Source: Candidatus Saccharimonadota bacterium
GTDB lineage: Bacteria; Pseudomonadota; Gammaproteobacteria; Enterobacterales; Enterobacteriaceae
Direction of reading: 5' to 3'
Assembly (NCBI RefSeq): GCF_012571345.1
Contig: NZ_CP046218.1
Span: forward strand, 266,785-273,039
Length of the DNA stretch: 6,255 nucleotides
Position 1 is the first letter of the stretch, and the number at the start of each line of letters is the position of its first letter. The translations under genes were made by a program, and so were the position numbers. Shown here one piece after another: positions 5,552-6,255 of this stretch. The notes under the pieces are model-generated. The model did no database searches, was not told the DNA's origin, and was given only the letters and a program-made list of their open reading frames with translations.

Positions 5552-6255
5552 ATGAATATTATCTTTATGGGGACTTCATTATTCGCATCTATGCACTTAC
5601 AAAAATTATTAATGAAATATAATATTTCTTGTGTTATTACTAAACCTAATGTTTGTGCCAAAAAAGGATATCGTATAACTCAGAACCCAGTAATAACAAT
5701 AGCACTAGAAAATAGCATTGATGTTTTACAAACTTTAGAACCAAATAATTTAATATTTATTAAAAGTATAAAAAAATACAGGTGTGATGTTATTATTGTT
5801 GTGGATTATGGTATAATTATTTCTCAAGACATACTTGATATACCACGTATATTTTGTTTGAATGTGCATGCATCCTTGTTACCACGCTGGCGAGGCGCGG
5901 CACCAATACAAAGAGCATTATTAGCTAACGATCATTATACAGGTATTACTATTATTAAAATGGATTCGTTATTAGATCATGGTGATATTATGTATCAATA
6001 TGTCTATCGTATTCATGATGATGATAATTGTGGTTTATTATATAATAAATTATCTACTTATGGTATTAATGGATTGATATATATTTTAAATAAAATTAAA
6101 AATAGAGAAAAAATATCTTCGATAATACAACAAAATGCCTATATTAAGATTACTTATGCTGCTAAAATAAAAAAAATAGAATGTAAGATTAATTGGTCGT
6201 GGTCAGCACAGAAAATAAATTGCATGATCCGTGCTTTTAATCCTTCTCCAGGAGC
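5552..6255 (+). CDS. fmt: Methionyl-tRNA formyltransferase, 5' portion (234 codons plus 2 nt; continues beyond the window)
   Basis: I translated this by hand from the ATG at 5552, 1 nt after the def stop: MNIIFMGTSLFASMHLQKLL...CLNVHASLLPRWRGAAPIQRALL...GITIIKMDSLLDHGDIMY...ITYAAKIKKIECKINWSWSAQKINCMIRAFNPSPG. There is no stop before the window end. It matches E. coli Fmt blocks (IIFAGTPDFA, NVHGSLLPRWRGAAPIQRS, MDVGLDTGD, IRAFNPWP) and the conserved def-fmt order. It is absent from the ORF track because it is open-ended. Confidence 0.93.
   Translation, partial: MNIIFMGTSLFASMHLQKLLMKYNISCVITKPNVCAKKGYRITQNPVITIALENSIDVLQTLEPNNLIFIKSIKKYRCDVIIVVDYGIIISQDILDIPRIFCLNVHASLLPRWRGAAPIQRALLANDHYTGITIIKMDSLLDHGDIMYQYVYRIHDDDNCGLLYNKLSTYGINGLIYILNKIKNREKISSIIQQNAYIKITYAAKIKKIECKINWSWSAQKINCMIRAFNPSPG

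Noticed and set aside
1-6255. Alternative genetic code (TGA as Trp), as in some extremely reduced symbionts
   Set aside because: All eight genes read through at orthologue-like lengths under the standard code. Conserved Trp positions are TGG (for example the trxA WADW and fmt PRW motifs), and all seven visible stops are TAA.
1-6255. A hidden novel defence, mobile or accessory system
   Set aside because: About 85% of the window is accounted for by eight conserved housekeeping genes. The remaining spacers are G/C-depleted and lack ORFs, repeat arrays and structured-RNA signatures apart from the single hairpin reported. Nothing supports such a claim.

Overview
This is an extremely AT-rich window, roughly one-fifth G+C by eye, with non-coding spacers that are almost free of G/C. 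It carries eight ordinary housekeeping genes. Each is colinear with its Escherichia coli K-12 orthologue as I recall those sequences: trxA (-), dksA (+), yadH and yadG (-), sodA (-), aroE (-), def (+) and the first 234 codons of fmt (+). fmt runs off the right edge and is therefore missing from the supplied ORF track. All seven complete genes are full length, use TGG for Trp and end in TAA, so the standard code applies and there are no pseudogenes. The composition, the I/N/K/Y/F-rich proteins, the compressed E. coli-like synteny with neighbours deleted, and the scarcity of canonical terminators all point to a reduced-genome, Enterobacterales-derived insect endosymbiont (Buchnera/Wigglesworthia/Blochmannia-like). 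I cannot assign it without a database search. I see no tRNA/rRNA, CRISPR, IS/transposase, integrase, phage, toxin-antitoxin or defence-like gene, and no unexplained long ORF. The four remaining track ORFs are antisense shadows of real genes. My honest reading is that this is an ordinary core-genome region with no novel multi-gene system. The findings are modest: a non-canonical CNPC thioredoxin active site; sodA captured directly behind aroE; a 14-bp perfect hairpin between sodA and yadG; an intact uncharacterised YadGH ABC-2 exporter kept in a minimal genome; gene-loss scars at three junctions; an AGGAGG plus 3-codon mini-ORF downstream of trxA; a GC-rich codon island in fmt; and a slippage-prone A10 tract in yadG.
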